The notes under the pieces were generated by a model. That model was not told where the DNA came from. It did no database searches and saw only the letters and a list, made by a program, of their open reading frames with translations. The position numbers and the translations under genes were made by a program. From the NCBI GenBank assembly GCA_016179765.1, contig JACPCL010000037.1, positions 5,998 to 69,997 on the forward strand: a DNA stretch of 64,000 bases, in the 5' to 3' direction. Shown one piece after another: positions 10,188-20,701 of the stretch. The first letter of the stretch is position 1. The number at the start of each line of letters is the position of its first letter. This DNA comes from Chloroflexota bacterium (lineage in GTDB: Bacteria; Chloroflexota; Dehalococcoidia; Lucifugimonadales; JACPCL1).

Positions 10188-10229
10188 CAAAAAAGGGAGC
10201 AACCTGACATTGCTGCCAAGGTTGCTCCC
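10188..10229 (-). terminator. Intrinsic terminator in leader of surface cluster
   Basis: GGGAGCAACC-N-GGTTGCTCCC followed by T6 on minus strand. Confidence 0.75.
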
Positions 10230-10647
10230 GCCGGATGTTGGATCTAGGAGCTGACTGCTAGGTTTTCGCCTGGGGTGCTATGAGTTGCTCTGTCCCTTGC
10301 CCTTCAACAAGTCAAGACCCCGCCGCAGTGCCTGGGCGTCCACCAGCCCAAAGGGATCTTCTCCACTCTTCTGCACTGCGCCCGTGACCTGGACCGTGAA
10401 GCTTTTGCTGTTCTTCTAGAGGGTCAATCGGGCGCCCTCCTCGGCGGTGGAAAGGAAGCTGGCCACGTCCACTGCGAGGGCCGGGCCAAGTAACTGCCCT
10501 ACGTCGTAGGCCAGGCAAACCCCACCGATCACCGCACAATAAGGCCACCCCCTAGCGGCGCCCGCCGCGCCTCCACCGGTCTCACTGGCGCTGGGTGTCA
10601 TGCAGTCGGCACACACTTAGCCGACTCATCCTGTCTTGTCAAGCCTT

Positions 10648-10832
10648 TGTACTGGTTCAGGACATATCGGACAATACCTCCTTTGTCATAGGGTGAGTCA
10701 TAAGCCAGTCCTGGTAGAACTGATCAGGGGTCTTGTAGCCCAGGGCCTGGTGGGGTCGCACGGTCTCCTAGAGGCGATCCCATGGGAGGAGTGCTTCCTC
10801 CAGCCCGCCCAGGTCTGCGGGCAACTCCTCTA
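10648..10832 (-). pseudogene. IS481-family transposase 3' remnant with terminal IR
   Basis: VEELPADLGGLEEALLPW..*ETVRPHQALGYKTPDQFY; ends TGTCCGATATGTCCTGAACCAGTACA. Confidence 0.7.
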
Positions 10833-10914
10833 CCCTTCGGCTTCGCTCAGGGCAGGCTCCGAGGCTTCGCCCCTCTGGACTCCCCTTTCTTCCACGGCCT
10901 GTTAGCAGGCCGCT

Positions 10915-10953
10915 GAATTTCATTCGGAGTTGGACGCTGGCGCTTTCACCCAT
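10915..10953 (-). pseudogene. Possible IS1380 transposase start remnant
   Basis: MGESASVQLRMKF resembles the IS1380 start seen near 4147; truncated by a repeat. Confidence 0.35.
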
Positions 10954-11164
10954 GAGGCGCCTCCAAGAGCGTTACGGCTTCCGAGGGATGTCCAAATTAG
11001 CCATGGCGATGCTACCACAGAGGCCTCTGTTATCTACTCTCAGCCCGTCCGTTATTCGAGATTATCTCCGAATTACGACGTGCCCGTCCAAGCCCATCTG
11101 GGAAACGCACTATATATACTCTATTCCGCGGCAGACGGCAAGAAGCGTGGAGAGAAAACTTGCC

Positions 11165-12022
11165 TCAGACAGGGGGCCTGACGCCCACCAGCCTGGCGGT
11201 CACCACCAGGCGATAGTCGTACACAAGAGCGGGGATACAAGTGACCAGCGTAATCTCGGATTCTCCGGAGTCGGTCACGCGCAACTCCGTCTTGTACACG
11301 ACATTGGTGGCGTACACCTCATACAGATAGTTTCCTGTGGACGATTCCAGCACGATAAGCACCCGCTCGCCCTGACGAAGCAAGCCTGGGATGCGCGGAA
11401 GGTCACGGAACACCGAGCCCTCGTTGCGCAGGGGAGTTTCCAGATGGCCGAAGTACCAGCCTCTGCCGGCTTCTCCTGGATTGCCGGTCGTTGGGATGTG
11501 CCCCACCACCTGGTCGGGGGTCTCGTACTCCCGGGAGTTTTCCAGCTCACGGATGGCCAGTCCCTTTACGGTGGCGTCCACCTCAATGCTGGGGATCCAG
11601 ATGCGAGTAGCCGCTGGCAGCATGCCCACACCGGAAAGGAGCTCCTTTGGCGCCGGCAGGAACCCCCGGACAAACTCCGAGTCGTCGGTGGGAGGAGCAG
11701 AGGCCAGCCAAGGCTCAACCCAGGAGTTAAAGGGCATCAGAGGGCCAGGATAGAGGCCAAGGGTAGAGGGAGTGGGACCCGCCAGCCCTCCCACTTCAGC
11801 AAGATTGAAGGAGGCCGGCCCCTGCAGGTCTTCCAGCGTTGTTGGCCCGAGGGCTTCCCCCAGGGACTGACCTGATGGCTGCTGGCTATAGACCAGGCCA
11901 TCCAGGTTCTGGGTGGCCACCTTGCCGTACACCAGATACGCGCCGCTCAGGAAAACGACGAGCGCCCCGCTCAGCGCCACGAGCCAGGCCAATGGGCGGC
12001 CCTTGTCTTTCTTGCTCACCAT
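11165..12022 (-). CDS. Sortase (class D/F-like)
   Basis: N-terminal TM, RIWIPSIEVDATV, GNPGE..WYFGH, ITLVTC..YDYRLVV (His/Cys/Arg triad). Confidence 0.9.
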   Translation of the reverse strand: MVSKKDKGRPLAWLVALSGALVVFLSGAYLVYGKVATQNLDGLVYSQQPSGQSLGEALGPTTLEDLQGPASFNLAEVGGLAGPTPSTLGLYPGPLMPFNSWVEPWLASAPPTDDSEFVRGFLPAPKELLSGVGMLPAATRIWIPSIEVDATVKGLAIRELENSREYETPDQVVGHIPTTGNPGEAGRGWYFGHLETPLRNEGSVFRDLPRIPGLLRQGERVLIVLESSTGNYLYEVYATNVVYKTELRVTDSGESEITLVTCIPALVYDYRLVVTARLVGVRPPV

Positions 12023-12067
12023 GATGCCCTGAAGATTCCGAGGTTGACAGTCCAAGGTGGGCTGCCC

Positions 12068-12150
12068 CTAACAGGCTGCGGAAAAAGGGGAGTCCAGAGG
12101 GGCGTCCGCCGCAGGCGGATGGCGGGGGTCTGGGGGTGTCCCCCAGCACC
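12068..12150. repeat. CAGGCTGCGGAAAAAGGGG..CCAGAGGGGCG..GGGGGTGTCCCCC repeat family
   Basis: Related copies at about 10835-10910 (rc), 21490-21670, 29390-29505 (rc), 36230-36390, 42360-42435. Confidence 0.8.
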
Positions 12151-12153
12151 CTG

Positions 12154-13098
12154 CTAAGACTCCTCGTTCTCTGAGTTCTCTGGCTCACTCGCCTGAGCGT
12201 CGCCACCAATGGAACGCAGGAACTCCTCAATGGAAGGGGCCAGGCTAAGAGTGGGGTCTGAAGTCTTGGGCCGTTGGTCCGCCTCCTCCTGGGCAATGGT
12301 CTCCAGGCGAGCGTCGTAGTCGGACTCCAGCCTTTGCACCAGGGCCAGGACACCCGGATTGCGTTCCACCTCCGCCGTCACCCGCTCGTACTGGCGAATG
12401 CCTCGCTGGCTCACTCCCAGGTCCGGCGGCAAGAAGTCATACACGTCGCACAGCACATTCAGCAGGCGGGCCGAACCGTTCCGGTCCTCCTCAAGCTGAA
12501 CGTACTGCGGCAGGCGCACCATCACGCTCATGTTCTCCACGCCCAGGGCCGTCACCTGGTCCCCGACCATATTCATGATGGAGGTAGGGCCTTGATAGGA
12601 CCTGGGCCTGGAGGCGTTGGCGCCCCGTATGCCCTTGATAGGCTCCCCATTGGCGGTGGCCATGACCAGGAGTGGCCGGGTATGGGGGACGGCGTCGTAC
12701 ATGCCGCCCAACCGGCAGTATCGCCGCACCTTAAACTGCTTGAACAGCTCGGTAATAGACTCTATGTACTCTTCGGCAAAGGCGTGCGGCTCAAGCATGT
12801 GGAGGAAGATGAAGTCAAAGTCCCTGCCGCCGGAAGCGTAGCGCAGGATGGTGTTGGGTATGGACATCCGCCGCTGCTCCTCCACGTAGTAGGTCATGGG
12901 ACGGTAGCGGGTGAAATCAAAGTAGCGCCCCGGCGTGGCCAGATTGCCGAGGTCCTGGGCCATGAGCTGGCGCTCCAGGCGTGAGAGGGCCATGGAGCCA
13001 ACGCTGCCAGCGTCCACCCAGGGGCGCAGGGAGGCGATAACGTGGGGCTTCCGAAGCTCCGGGACGGGTTCGCGTATTTCAAAAGCGCCGATGTGCAT
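12154..13098 (-). CDS. PAC2 family (proteasome assembly chaperone-like) protein
   Basis: PWVDAGSVG, FDFTRYRP, LEPH, DAVPHTRP, YQGPTSI motifs. Confidence 0.85.
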   Translation of the reverse strand: MHIGAFEIREPVPELRKPHVIASLRPWVDAGSVGSMALSRLERQLMAQDLGNLATPGRYFDFTRYRPMTYYVEEQRRMSIPNTILRYASGGRDFDFIFLHMLEPHAFAEEYIESITELFKQFKVRRYCRLGGMYDAVPHTRPLLVMATANGEPIKGIRGANASRPRSYQGPTSIMNMVGDQVTALGVENMSVMVRLPQYVQLEEDRNGSARLLNVLCDVYDFLPPDLGVSQRGIRQYERVTAEVERNPGVLALVQRLESDYDARLETIAQEEADQRPKTSDPTLSLAPSIEEFLRSIGGDAQASEPENSENEES

Positions 13099-13414
13099 GG
13101 CATTGTCCTATTCAGCTCGGGCTTTTCTGCCTCGTCACCGCAAACGCTTGCGGCAACGCACTTGTATGGTGGCATCTATTATAACTCTTGTTGACAATCT
13201 ATCAAATCCGATGCCTTTTATACAAGAGCGATGCGTGCCGCTCGTGTGGTGTCCCCGAAAAAGGAGACTCATGGTCATTGCGAGGAATCCCGATTCCATC
13301 GGGACGGCGAAGGAATCTGACAGTCTGGTTTGTGGGCAGACCAGCGTGTCTGCCCACAAACCCCCGTAGGGTCACGATATATCATGCCCCTACAATTGCT
13401 TCAGGGACAGTACA

Positions 13415-14356
13415 CTAGCCAGGAAGGCTCCGGCTGCCCAGCGCGACGTCTATCGCTATGCCCGCGGCCATGAGCAGCCCCGCCTGCATGTGCAGCCTGG
13501 CGGTGCCCACCAGCACGGCGTTGAGGGCGGGCCGGGCCTTGGCCCGGGACACCAGGCCCACCATCTTGAAGGCGCGGGGCATGGAGAGGAGAGCGGCAAG
13601 GGCGTACCACGGGACCACTCCGGCCATGGCCTCTACTACCAGCGCAGCGTACGCCCCGTACAGCAGCCAAGCATAGACCCAGCGGCCCACCTGAACGCTG
13701 AACAGCGTGGCAAGGGTGTGCTTCCCCTGGGCGCTGTCCTCCTCCCGGTCACGCAGGTTGTTGGCCTGGAGGATAGCCGTGACCCACAAAGCAACCGGCA
13801 CGGAGGCCCAGAAGACCGCCCAGGTGACCTCTTGCCTTTGCACGTAGAAGGCAGCCATGACGATGAGCGGCCCCATGAAGATGAAGACCGTCAGCTCCCC
13901 CAGAAGGTAGCGCCCCAAGGGGAAGGGGCCGCTGCTGTGGAGGTACCCCGCCATGGTGCTCAGCAGGCCCACCACCAGGATAGGCCATCCCACCTGGGCA
14001 ACGATGTACAGGCCCATGGCGGTGCTCAGGCCAAAGCTCACCAGGAGGCCCATGAGCACGGCTTGCGGAGAAAGCAACCCCCGCGCGATCACCTTATGGG
14101 GCGCGGGGTACTTGGCCTCACGCCCCTGGCTGCGGTGGTCGGTGTATTCGTCCGCCAGGTTGGTGCCCACCTGGATGAACACCGACCCCAGGAAGGCCAG
14201 GGCAAAGAGCGCCCAGCTCAGCGGCCCGTGCTCAGCCGCCAGCGCCGTGCCCACCAGCACCGGCACGATGGCGGCGGTCAGGGTGACCGGCCGCGCCGCC
14301 AGTATCCAGACCCTGACGTAATAGGCCAGGTCACGCCGGAAAGGCCGGGCTACCAC
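13415..14356 (-). CDS. menA: 1,4-dihydroxy-2-naphthoate octaprenyltransferase
   Basis: [43 protein letters not shown]. Confidence 0.92.
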   Translation of the reverse strand: MVARPFRRDLAYYVRVWILAARPVTLTAAIVPVLVGTALAAEHGPLSWALFALAFLGSVFIQVGTNLADEYTDHRSQGREAKYPAPHKVIARGLLSPQAVLMGLLVSFGLSTAMGLYIVAQVGWPILVVGLLSTMAGYLHSSGPFPLGRYLLGELTVFIFMGPLIVMAAFYVQRQEVTWAVFWASVPVALWVTAILQANNLRDREEDSAQGKHTLATLFSVQVGRWVYAWLLYGAYAALVVEAMAGVVPWYALAALLSMPRAFKMVGLVSRAKARPALNAVLVGTARLHMQAGLLMAAGIAIDVALGSRSLPG

Positions 14357-15144
14357 GGCGTCTTTCGGAAGCGGGAGAAGTCGGGGTCCCGCTTCTCCAG
14401 GAAGGCCTGGGTGCCCTCCCTGCCCTCCTCGGTGGCGTAATAGAAGGCGGTGGCCCCGTGGGCCAGGTTCTGGATACCGTAGACGTGGTCGGTGTCGGCG
14501 TTGAAGGCGTGCTTCAGAAAGCGCAGGGCGGTGGGGCCACGCCCGAGCAGCTCTTTGGCCCAGGCCATCACCTCCGCCTCAAGCCCCCCCTGGGGCACCA
14601 CCTTGTTTACCAGGCCCATCTCCAGGGCCTCCTGGGCCGTGTACCGCCGGCATAGGTACCATATCTCTCGGGCCTTCTTCTCGCCGACGATCCGTGCCAG
14701 GTAAATGGCGCCAAAGCCGGCGTCAAAGCTGCCGTACTTGGGGCCGATCTGGCCAAAGACCGCCCGGTCCGAGGCGATGGTGAGGTCGCACAGGACGTGC
14801 AGCACGTGGCCGCCGCCGATGGCGTACCCATCCACCATGGCAATGACCGGCTTGGGGATTTCGCGGATGATGCGGTGCAGGTGCGTTACCTGGAGCCTGG
14901 GGGCGCCGCTTTCGTCGTTGTAGCCCCCGTCGCCGCGGGCCTTCACGTCGCCGCCCACGCAGAAGTTGCCCCTGGCCCCCGCGAGCACCACCACGCCGAC
15001 CTCCTCGTCGTCCCAGGCGTCCTGGAAGGCGGCGCGCATCTCGTCAATGGTGCGTGGGCGGAAGGCATTGAGCACCTGCGGGCGGTTGATGGTGACTTTG
15101 GCTACGTGGTCTTTCTTCTCATACAGAACGTCCTGGAAGTCCAT
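14350..15144 (-). CDS. menB: 1,4-dihydroxy-2-naphthoyl-CoA synthase
   Basis: [40 protein letters not shown]. Confidence 0.96.
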   Translation of the reverse strand: MDFQDVLYEKKDHVAKVTINRPQVLNAFRPRTIDEMRAAFQDAWDDEEVGVVVLAGARGNFCVGGDVKARGDGGYNDESGAPRLQVTHLHRIIREIPKPVIAMVDGYAIGGGHVLHVLCDLTIASDRAVFGQIGPKYGSFDAGFGAIYLARIVGEKKAREIWYLCRRYTAQEALEMGLVNKVVPQGGLEAEVMAWAKELLGRGPTALRFLKHAFNADTDHVYGIQNLAHGATAFYYATEEGREGTQAFLEKRDPDFSRFRKTPW

Positions 15145-15234
15145 GGGATCGCTCCTTTTTTGGATGTGCCCATACGGTCTTTCCCTTGCCCCCTATACTA
15201 CCCCCTTCTCCCGCAGGCGGCCAAGTTCTCCTAG

Positions 15235-15322
15235 GGAGGCGTATACTACCTTCCGAAAAGGTGTCCAGCGTTATGTTCCTCTTGCCACGGTTCACGCTTA
15301 TGAAGAGGGCGCCGTCGTCCCC
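15235..15322 (-). pseudogene. Family III CoA-transferase fragment
   Basis: VGDDGALFISVNRGKRNITLD matches the CaiB/BaiF NRGKRSITLD motif; no intact ORF. Confidence 0.55.
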
Positions 15323-15325
15323 TAC

Positions 15326-15518
15326 CCTCCCCCAGGGGACGCTGGGGGAACTTCTTTTGGGTGAAAAGAAGTCCCCCCATACCCTCTCAAGAAAACCGGG
15401 CTCAGTTTGGTTGGCGGGGGCATTAGCCCCCGCCAACCAAACTGATTGTGGTTCTTTTTGGAGGGCGTGGGAACCTTTTTCTCCCCCAAGAAAAAGGTTC
15501 CCAGCCTCCCTGGGGAGG
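15326..15518. repeat. About 190-bp imperfect palindrome (MITE-like)
   Basis: Central TCAGTTTGGTTGGCGGGGG-cattag-CCCCCGCCAACCAAACTGA; ends CCTCCCCCAGGG / CCCTGGGGAGG; each arm has its own hairpin. Confidence 0.8.
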
Positions 15519-15523
15519 TGGGG

Positions 15524-16666
15524 ATGAAGGTCGTGGGAGTGGCGTGGCAGGGCTTTGCGTTGCCCTTCCGGAAACCGTATGTGACGAGCGAGGGGCGGGC
15601 CACGGTGAAGTTTGGGATGCTGGTGACGCTACTGAGCGATGACGGCGTCACCGGCATCGGCGAGGCGTCACCAGTTGGCCCCAGCGCCCAGGCCGAAGTG
15701 AAGGCAGAAGCGGCCTTACTGGAAAGCCTGGCGCCCCACGTTGTGCGCGGTGCAAGGCCCGGCGCCGGTGTACCCATATGGACAGAGGACCAACTGCCAG
15801 ACCTCAGGCCCTTTGTCGCGCTGCCATCCCTCGCCTTCGGCCTGGAGACGGCGTACCTTGACCTGCTGAGCAAGGCCAGGGGAAAGAGCATCTGCGAGCT
15901 CTTGGGCTGGACACGACAAGAACTGCCCGTCAACGCCATCATCGCCTCAGACTCGCCCCAAGAGGCGGCGGCGGAGGCCGCCCAGGCGGTAACGGAAGGC
16001 TTTACCAGCCTCAAGCTCAAGGTAGGCCAGGGGTTAGAGACGGACGTTGCCCTGGTGGGGGCGGTGAGAGGCGCAGTGGGGCCTTCCGTCAAGCTGCGGG
16101 CGGACACCAATGGGGCCTGGACCGTCCCCCATGCGATGGAGGCCATCAGGAGGCTGGCTCCCTTTGACCTGGAGTACGTGGAGCAGCCGGTGGCGGCCCA
16201 CGACCTGCCGGGTATGGCGATGGTGCGTCGCAGCGGGTCTGTGCCCATCGCCGCCGACGAGGCCCTGCGTTCGCCCGGCGACGTGGAACGCATAGCGAAG
16301 GCCGGGGCTGCCGACATCTTCGTCCTGAAGGCGGCGCGACTGGGCGGATTGCGGGCCTCCTTGCAAGCGGTAGAGGCCGCGGACCGATGGGGCAAGACCT
16401 GTGTCGTAACCTCCTCCCTGGAATCAGGCGTGGGCCTGGCAGCCTCGGCCCACCTCGCATCCTTTCTTGAACGACATCCCTTCGCCCACGGGCTGGCAAC
16501 GGGCCTGCTGTACCTTTCGGACCTGCTGGAAAGGCCTCTTCTGCCCAAGGGGCAAACCCTGCCCACGCCCCAAGGCCCAGGGCTGGGCGTAGCGTTGGAC
16601 CAAGAGCAGTTGCGACGGTACGCCATAGACATCAGGGGGAGCGCCGGAGCGCCCGTGCTCCTGTAG
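15524..16666 (+). CDS. menC: o-succinylbenzoate synthase
   Basis: KLKVG, LRADTNGAW, YVEQP, IAADE, VLKAARLGG; men cluster context. Confidence 0.9.
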   Translation: MKVVGVAWQGFALPFRKPYVTSEGRATVKFGMLVTLLSDDGVTGIGEASPVGPSAQAEVKAEAALLESLAPHVVRGARPGAGVPIWTEDQLPDLRPFVALPSLAFGLETAYLDLLSKARGKSICELLGWTRQELPVNAIIASDSPQEAAAEAAQAVTEGFTSLKLKVGQGLETDVALVGAVRGAVGPSVKLRADTNGAWTVPHAMEAIRRLAPFDLEYVEQPVAAHDLPGMAMVRRSGSVPIAADEALRSPGDVERIAKAGAADIFVLKAARLGGLRASLQAVEAADRWGKTCVVTSSLESGVGLAASAHLASFLERHPFAHGLATGLLYLSDLLERPLLPKGQTLPTPQGPGLGVALDQEQLRRYAIDIRGSAGAPVLL

Positions 16667-17510
16667 GCCCCGCGGGCACGGTGGCCACCGCGTTCAAAAA
16701 GGCAGCTACCTGCTTCACAAAGGCCGCGGGCTGCTCCAGGTGGGCGGCATGGCCCGCCTCCTTGATGATGTGCAGCCGGCTGCCCGCCACGGCCTTGTGC
16801 ATCTCCTGGGCCATAGCTACGTAGCGGGCGTCATCCTCGCCAGCGATGAACAGCGCCGGGGCTGTGATCTCGCGCAGGCGGTGGTAGAGGGCCGGCTGAG
16901 CGCCCGCGCCGACGCCCCGCAGGCTGTTGGCCAGGCCCAGGGGGTGGTTGTCCAACCGCTGGGCCCGCAGCCGCGCCCGGACCTCCGGGTCAAGGCGGGC
17001 CTGGCTGGCCCACAGCGGGAGAGCCTGCCAGTAGTCCACAAAAGGCGCTATGCCCACTTCAAGGAGCCAGTCTGCCATGCGCATGTCGTCCCGCACCCTG
17101 GCCGCTCGCTCCTGGGGCGCAGCCAGGCCTGGCGAGGCGCTTTCCAGGGTGAGGCTGGCCGTACGCGATGGCAAGGCGATGGCCGCGCTGAGGGCGATGC
17201 GTCCCCCCATGGAGTACCCCAGCCAGTGGATGCGCCCTACGTCCAGCAGGTCCAGGACCTCCTCCAGGGCCTGCACCGTGCGCTCCATGGTGTACAGGCG
17301 CGGGTCCTTGGGAGCGTCTGAAGCGCCGTGTCCCTGCACCTCCACGGCAAGCAGGCGGTAGCTTTCGCCTAGGGCGTCGGCCAGGAAGCGCCAGGTAGAG
17401 GCGCACCCTGTGAAACCGTGCAAGGCGAGCAGGGGCGCTCCGCGAGGCGCGCCCCACTCCTCCAAATTCAAGTGCGCGCCGTTCAGAGCTTTTATCGCCA
17501 CACGCGCCAT
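16632..17510 (-). CDS. menH: SHCHC synthase
   Basis: LHGFTG, GYSMGGR, LESASPGL, GHAAH. Confidence 0.9.
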   Translation of the reverse strand: MARVAIKALNGAHLNLEEWGAPRGAPLLALHGFTGCASTWRFLADALGESYRLLAVEVQGHGASDAPKDPRLYTMERTVQALEEVLDLLDVGRIHWLGYSMGGRIALSAAIALPSRTASLTLESASPGLAAPQERAARVRDDMRMADWLLEVGIAPFVDYWQALPLWASQARLDPEVRARLRAQRLDNHPLGLANSLRGVGAGAQPALYHRLREITAPALFIAGEDDARYVAMAQEMHKAVAGSRLHIIKEAGHAAHLEQPAAFVKQVAAFLNAVATVPAGPTGARALRRSP

Positions 17511-19298
17511 CTAGGGCCTCACTGCGACGCCTATGGCGTCGCCCACCGCCTGCCACACCTGCCGGTGCAGAGCCACGTTGGTGTCGCGGGCAGGGACAGG
17601 CACCTCAATGATGGCGACTCCCTTGTCTGTAAGGCTGTGCGATACCGCGCTCCTGTAACTGCGCCAGTCCTCCACCCTGGTATAGCCCAGGCCATACAGC
17701 TCTGCGGCGGCCTTGAAGGTAAGGCCGTGGGGCGTGCCAAAATAGGTTTCAAAGACATCGGTGTACGCCGCCTGGGGCAGAAAGGAGAAGATGCCGCCAC
17801 CGTCATTGTTGATGACGATGATGGTAGCGTTAAGCTTGTGGGCCTTGGCCGCAAGGAGGCCGTTCATGTCGTGGTAAAAGGAGATGTCCCCAATCACCAG
17901 GACAATGCGCCTGCCGGAGGCGGCGGCAGCGCCCAGGGCAGTGGACACCACGCCGTCTATGCCGCTGACCCCCCGGTTGGCGAGGAAGCGCACCTTCTTG
18001 CTCATGGTGGGGAAGAAGGAGTCCACGTCCCGTACTGGCATGCTGTTGCCGGCAAAGAGGATGGCGTCATGGGGCAGAAGGGACGCTAGCTCTGCGAACA
18101 CACGCCCCTCAAACATCTCGGCGGAGGTCTTCATGTGGCGGGCGATGGCATCCTTGGCCGTCCCGTTCAGGGAGAGCCAGCGCCGCAGCCAGGGGCTTTC
18201 CACTCTAGCGGAAGGCAGCGCAGCCGCCAGATCGCAGCAAAGGGGTGCGGCGTCGGCTTGAATCACCTCCGCCGTCAAAAAGGAGGGGTCGCGCCAGCCG
18301 GAGCCATCGTCCACCAAAACATGCCGCGCTGAGGGATGGCGCTCCAGGTATTGCGTGAGGGGCTTGGACACGGGCGCGGCGCCAAAACGCAGGACGACCT
18401 CCGGGGCCAGGGACGCCACGACGCCATTATCGCGGAGAAAGGCATCGTACCCGTCCACCACCATGGCGCGGTCGTGAGGGCCGCAGCGCACCTGGGAAAG
18501 GACATCGGCCAGCATCGGGTAACCCAGTCGGCGGGCCAGGGCGGAGACGGCCTCTGGAAAAGCGCCGTCCTCCTGCGGGCCGCAGACGATAAGCCCGCGC
18601 TCCTTGCTGGCAAGCTCTAAGGTCAGCCGCTCCACCAGACCGGGGGCAAGCCGCCTCTGAACGGGAGGAGCGCTGAGAAAGGGGCTACCCCCTGCCCGCC
18701 CCTGCCGGGCCAGGCCGAAGCCCTCCGAGGTGAAATCGCCAGGGACCGGCACGGGCTCCAGCGGCTCGCGGAAGGGGAGGTTCACGTGCACCGGGCCGGC
18801 GGGCGCGGCCCGGGCCGTCGCCCACGCCCGGCCCGCCACGGAGCGGACGTAGGCCAGCAGCGGGGCGGTGGCCTCGGGCGGCGGCAGCGTGACGGCCCAT
18901 TTGGCGTGTCTACCGTACATGCCGTCCTGCTCCATCGTCTGCAAGGCGCCCCAGCCCACCGCTTCCGGCGGACGGTCCGCCGTCAAGACCAGCAGAGGCA
19001 CGCAGTCGTTGTGCGCCTCGGCCACGGCGGGGTGGAGGTTGGCGGCGGCGGTGCCGGAGGAGCAAACGATGGCCACCGGCTCCCGCAGGAGACGGGTCAT
19101 GCCCAGGGCAAAGAAGGCGGCGGAGCGCTCATCCAGGTGCATCCACTGCGTGATGGCGGGATGCCGCCCAAAGGAGAGGGCCAGAGGCGAGGAGCGGGAG
19201 CCGGGGCAGATGCAGACGTGGCGCAGGCCGCAGCGGGCCAGCTCGTCAACAAAGGCCCCGGCAAAGGAGTAGTTCCGGTTTTCAAAGGGGGTGGTCAC
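17511..19298 (-). CDS. menD: SEPHCHC synthase
   Basis: CPGSRSSPL, DERSAAFFALG, NRGVSGIDG, GDISFYHDMNGL, NNDGGGIF. Confidence 0.96.
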   Translation of the reverse strand: MTTPFENRNYSFAGAFVDELARCGLRHVCICPGSRSSPLALSFGRHPAITQWMHLDERSAAFFALGMTRLLREPVAIVCSSGTAAANLHPAVAEAHNDCVPLLVLTADRPPEAVGWGALQTMEQDGMYGRHAKWAVTLPPPEATAPLLAYVRSVAGRAWATARAAPAGPVHVNLPFREPLEPVPVPGDFTSEGFGLARQGRAGGSPFLSAPPVQRRLAPGLVERLTLELASKERGLIVCGPQEDGAFPEAVSALARRLGYPMLADVLSQVRCGPHDRAMVVDGYDAFLRDNGVVASLAPEVVLRFGAAPVSKPLTQYLERHPSARHVLVDDGSGWRDPSFLTAEVIQADAAPLCCDLAAALPSARVESPWLRRWLSLNGTAKDAIARHMKTSAEMFEGRVFAELASLLPHDAILFAGNSMPVRDVDSFFPTMSKKVRFLANRGVSGIDGVVSTALGAAAASGRRIVLVIGDISFYHDMNGLLAAKAHKLNATIIVINNDGGGIFSFLPQAAYTDVFETYFGTPHGLTFKAAAELYGLGYTRVEDWRSYRSAVSHSLTDKGVAIIEVPVPARDTNVALHRQVWQAVGDAIGVAVRP

Positions 19299-20701
19299 GC
19301 CTGTCCCAGCGCTTTCAACAGGGGCTGGAACTTCAGTTCCGTCTCCTGCTCTTCCTGCAGAGAGTTGGAGCCTTCCACAATGCCCGCGCCGGCGTAGAGG
19401 GTAGCCTGGCTGCCTCGCACCAGGGCCGAGCGTATGCCTACCCAGAACTCGCCCTGGCCCTGGGCGTCCAGCCAGCCAATAGGGGCGGCGTACCAGCCCC
19501 GGTCACCCTCCAACCGGCGAATGACCTCCAGGGCAGCGGCCTTTGGCGCTCCACCCACCGCGGGAGTGGGATGCAGCGCCGCAACCATGTCCAGGATGTC
19601 TTTGCCCTCCAGGGCACGCCCAAAGAAGGCGGTGGCCAGATGCTGGACGCCCCGCAGGCGCACCACCTTGGGCTGGGCTTCCCAGCACAGCTCCTGGCAA
19701 AGGTCGCGCAACTCAAGGGCCACCTGCTCCACCACCGCGGCGTGCTCCCGCCGCTCCTTGGAGCTGGACAGCAGAGCGTCGGCCAGGGAGTCGTCAGCAT
19801 CGGCGCTTTCGCTCCGGGCGGCGGTGCCAGCCATGCACGTGAGGCTGAGCTCGCCGCCATGCAACTGCACCAAGGACTCAGGGGATGCCCCCAGGAAACA
19901 GGAGCCTCCGCTCTCCACTGCAAACACAGCGCAGCCGGGGTACGTCTCTTCAAGGCTGCCAAGGGTTGCCTCAAGGGAGAAGGGGGCCACCGCGCGCAGC
20001 TCCTTCCTCCGGGCCAGCACCACCTTAGACAGCTCCCCGCCGTCTATCGCCTGAAGGGCTGCCTCCATACGCCTACGCCACTCCTCTGGCAACGTCTCCT
20101 CCCCAAGGCAACTCGCCGGCTGGCGGCGGGGAATCTCCTGGCCGCCAGCCACGCTTTCCAGCGCCCGCTCCGCGGCAGCGGCAGCCTCCTGGGGGTCTTC
20201 GGATGGCCCAACCATCACGTTAGCCGTAAGCCAAGTCTTGCCGCCTTCCCAGGTGAACATCAGGTGCGGTAAAGCAAGGAGGGCGTCGGGGAAATCGCCC
20301 CATAGGGCATCCTTCGCCACGGTGGGATCAAAGCAGAACCCGCCCATGAGCAGAGGCCCGACGCCTCGCAGGCGTGGGCCTTGCAGGACCGCCCCGTCAA
20401 CCAGAGAGCGCCATCCATCCTGCGTCTGCCGAGCAGGAGCGGGGCCAGCCGGCGCCACCTGAGCGGCCCGTCCCAGGCCCACCAGCCAGAACCTGTCGGC
20501 GGGCCTTCCCCAGAAGATGCGCGGAACCCCCAGCCTCTTGCCGGCGGCGAAGGTCACCAGGGGAGCCAGCGGCCAGTCTATGCTCTGGGCGAGGCTCACG
20601 AGCACGGGGCGGCCCAGGAGGGCGGCCCGCTCCCTGGCCTGGGGGAACAGGAGAGCCAGGGTTTGGTGGAGCGAGGGGGCGGCCTGCGTGGACGCGGTCA
20701 T
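19295..20701 (-). CDS. menF: Isochorismate synthase
   Basis: KVVLAR, GASPE, AGT, KERREH, LHPTPAVGG, AGAGIV. Confidence 0.93.
   Translation of the reverse strand: MTASTQAAPSLHQTLALLFPQARERAALLGRPVLVSLAQSIDWPLAPLVTFAAGKRLGVPRIFWGRPADRFWLVGLGRAAQVAPAGPAPARQTQDGWRSLVDGAVLQGPRLRGVGPLLMGGFCFDPTVAKDALWGDFPDALLALPHLMFTWEGGKTWLTANVMVGPSEDPQEAAAAAERALESVAGGQEIPRRQPASCLGEETLPEEWRRRMEAALQAIDGGELSKVVLARRKELRAVAPFSLEATLGSLEETYPGCAVFAVESGGSCFLGASPESLVQLHGGELSLTCMAGTAARSESADADDSLADALLSSSKERREHAAVVEQVALELRDLCQELCWEAQPKVVRLRGVQHLATAFFGRALEGKDILDMVAALHPTPAVGGAPKAAALEVIRRLEGDRGWYAAPIGWLDAQGQGEFWVGIRSALVRGSQATLYAGAGIVEGSNSLQEEQETELKFQPLLKALGQA

Noticed and set aside
10230-10620. c-di-AMP (ydaO) or c-di-GMP riboswitch
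   Set aside because: Only scattered partial matches (UGGGG, GUAGGGC, GUCAGCU); core consensus order and spacing not found.
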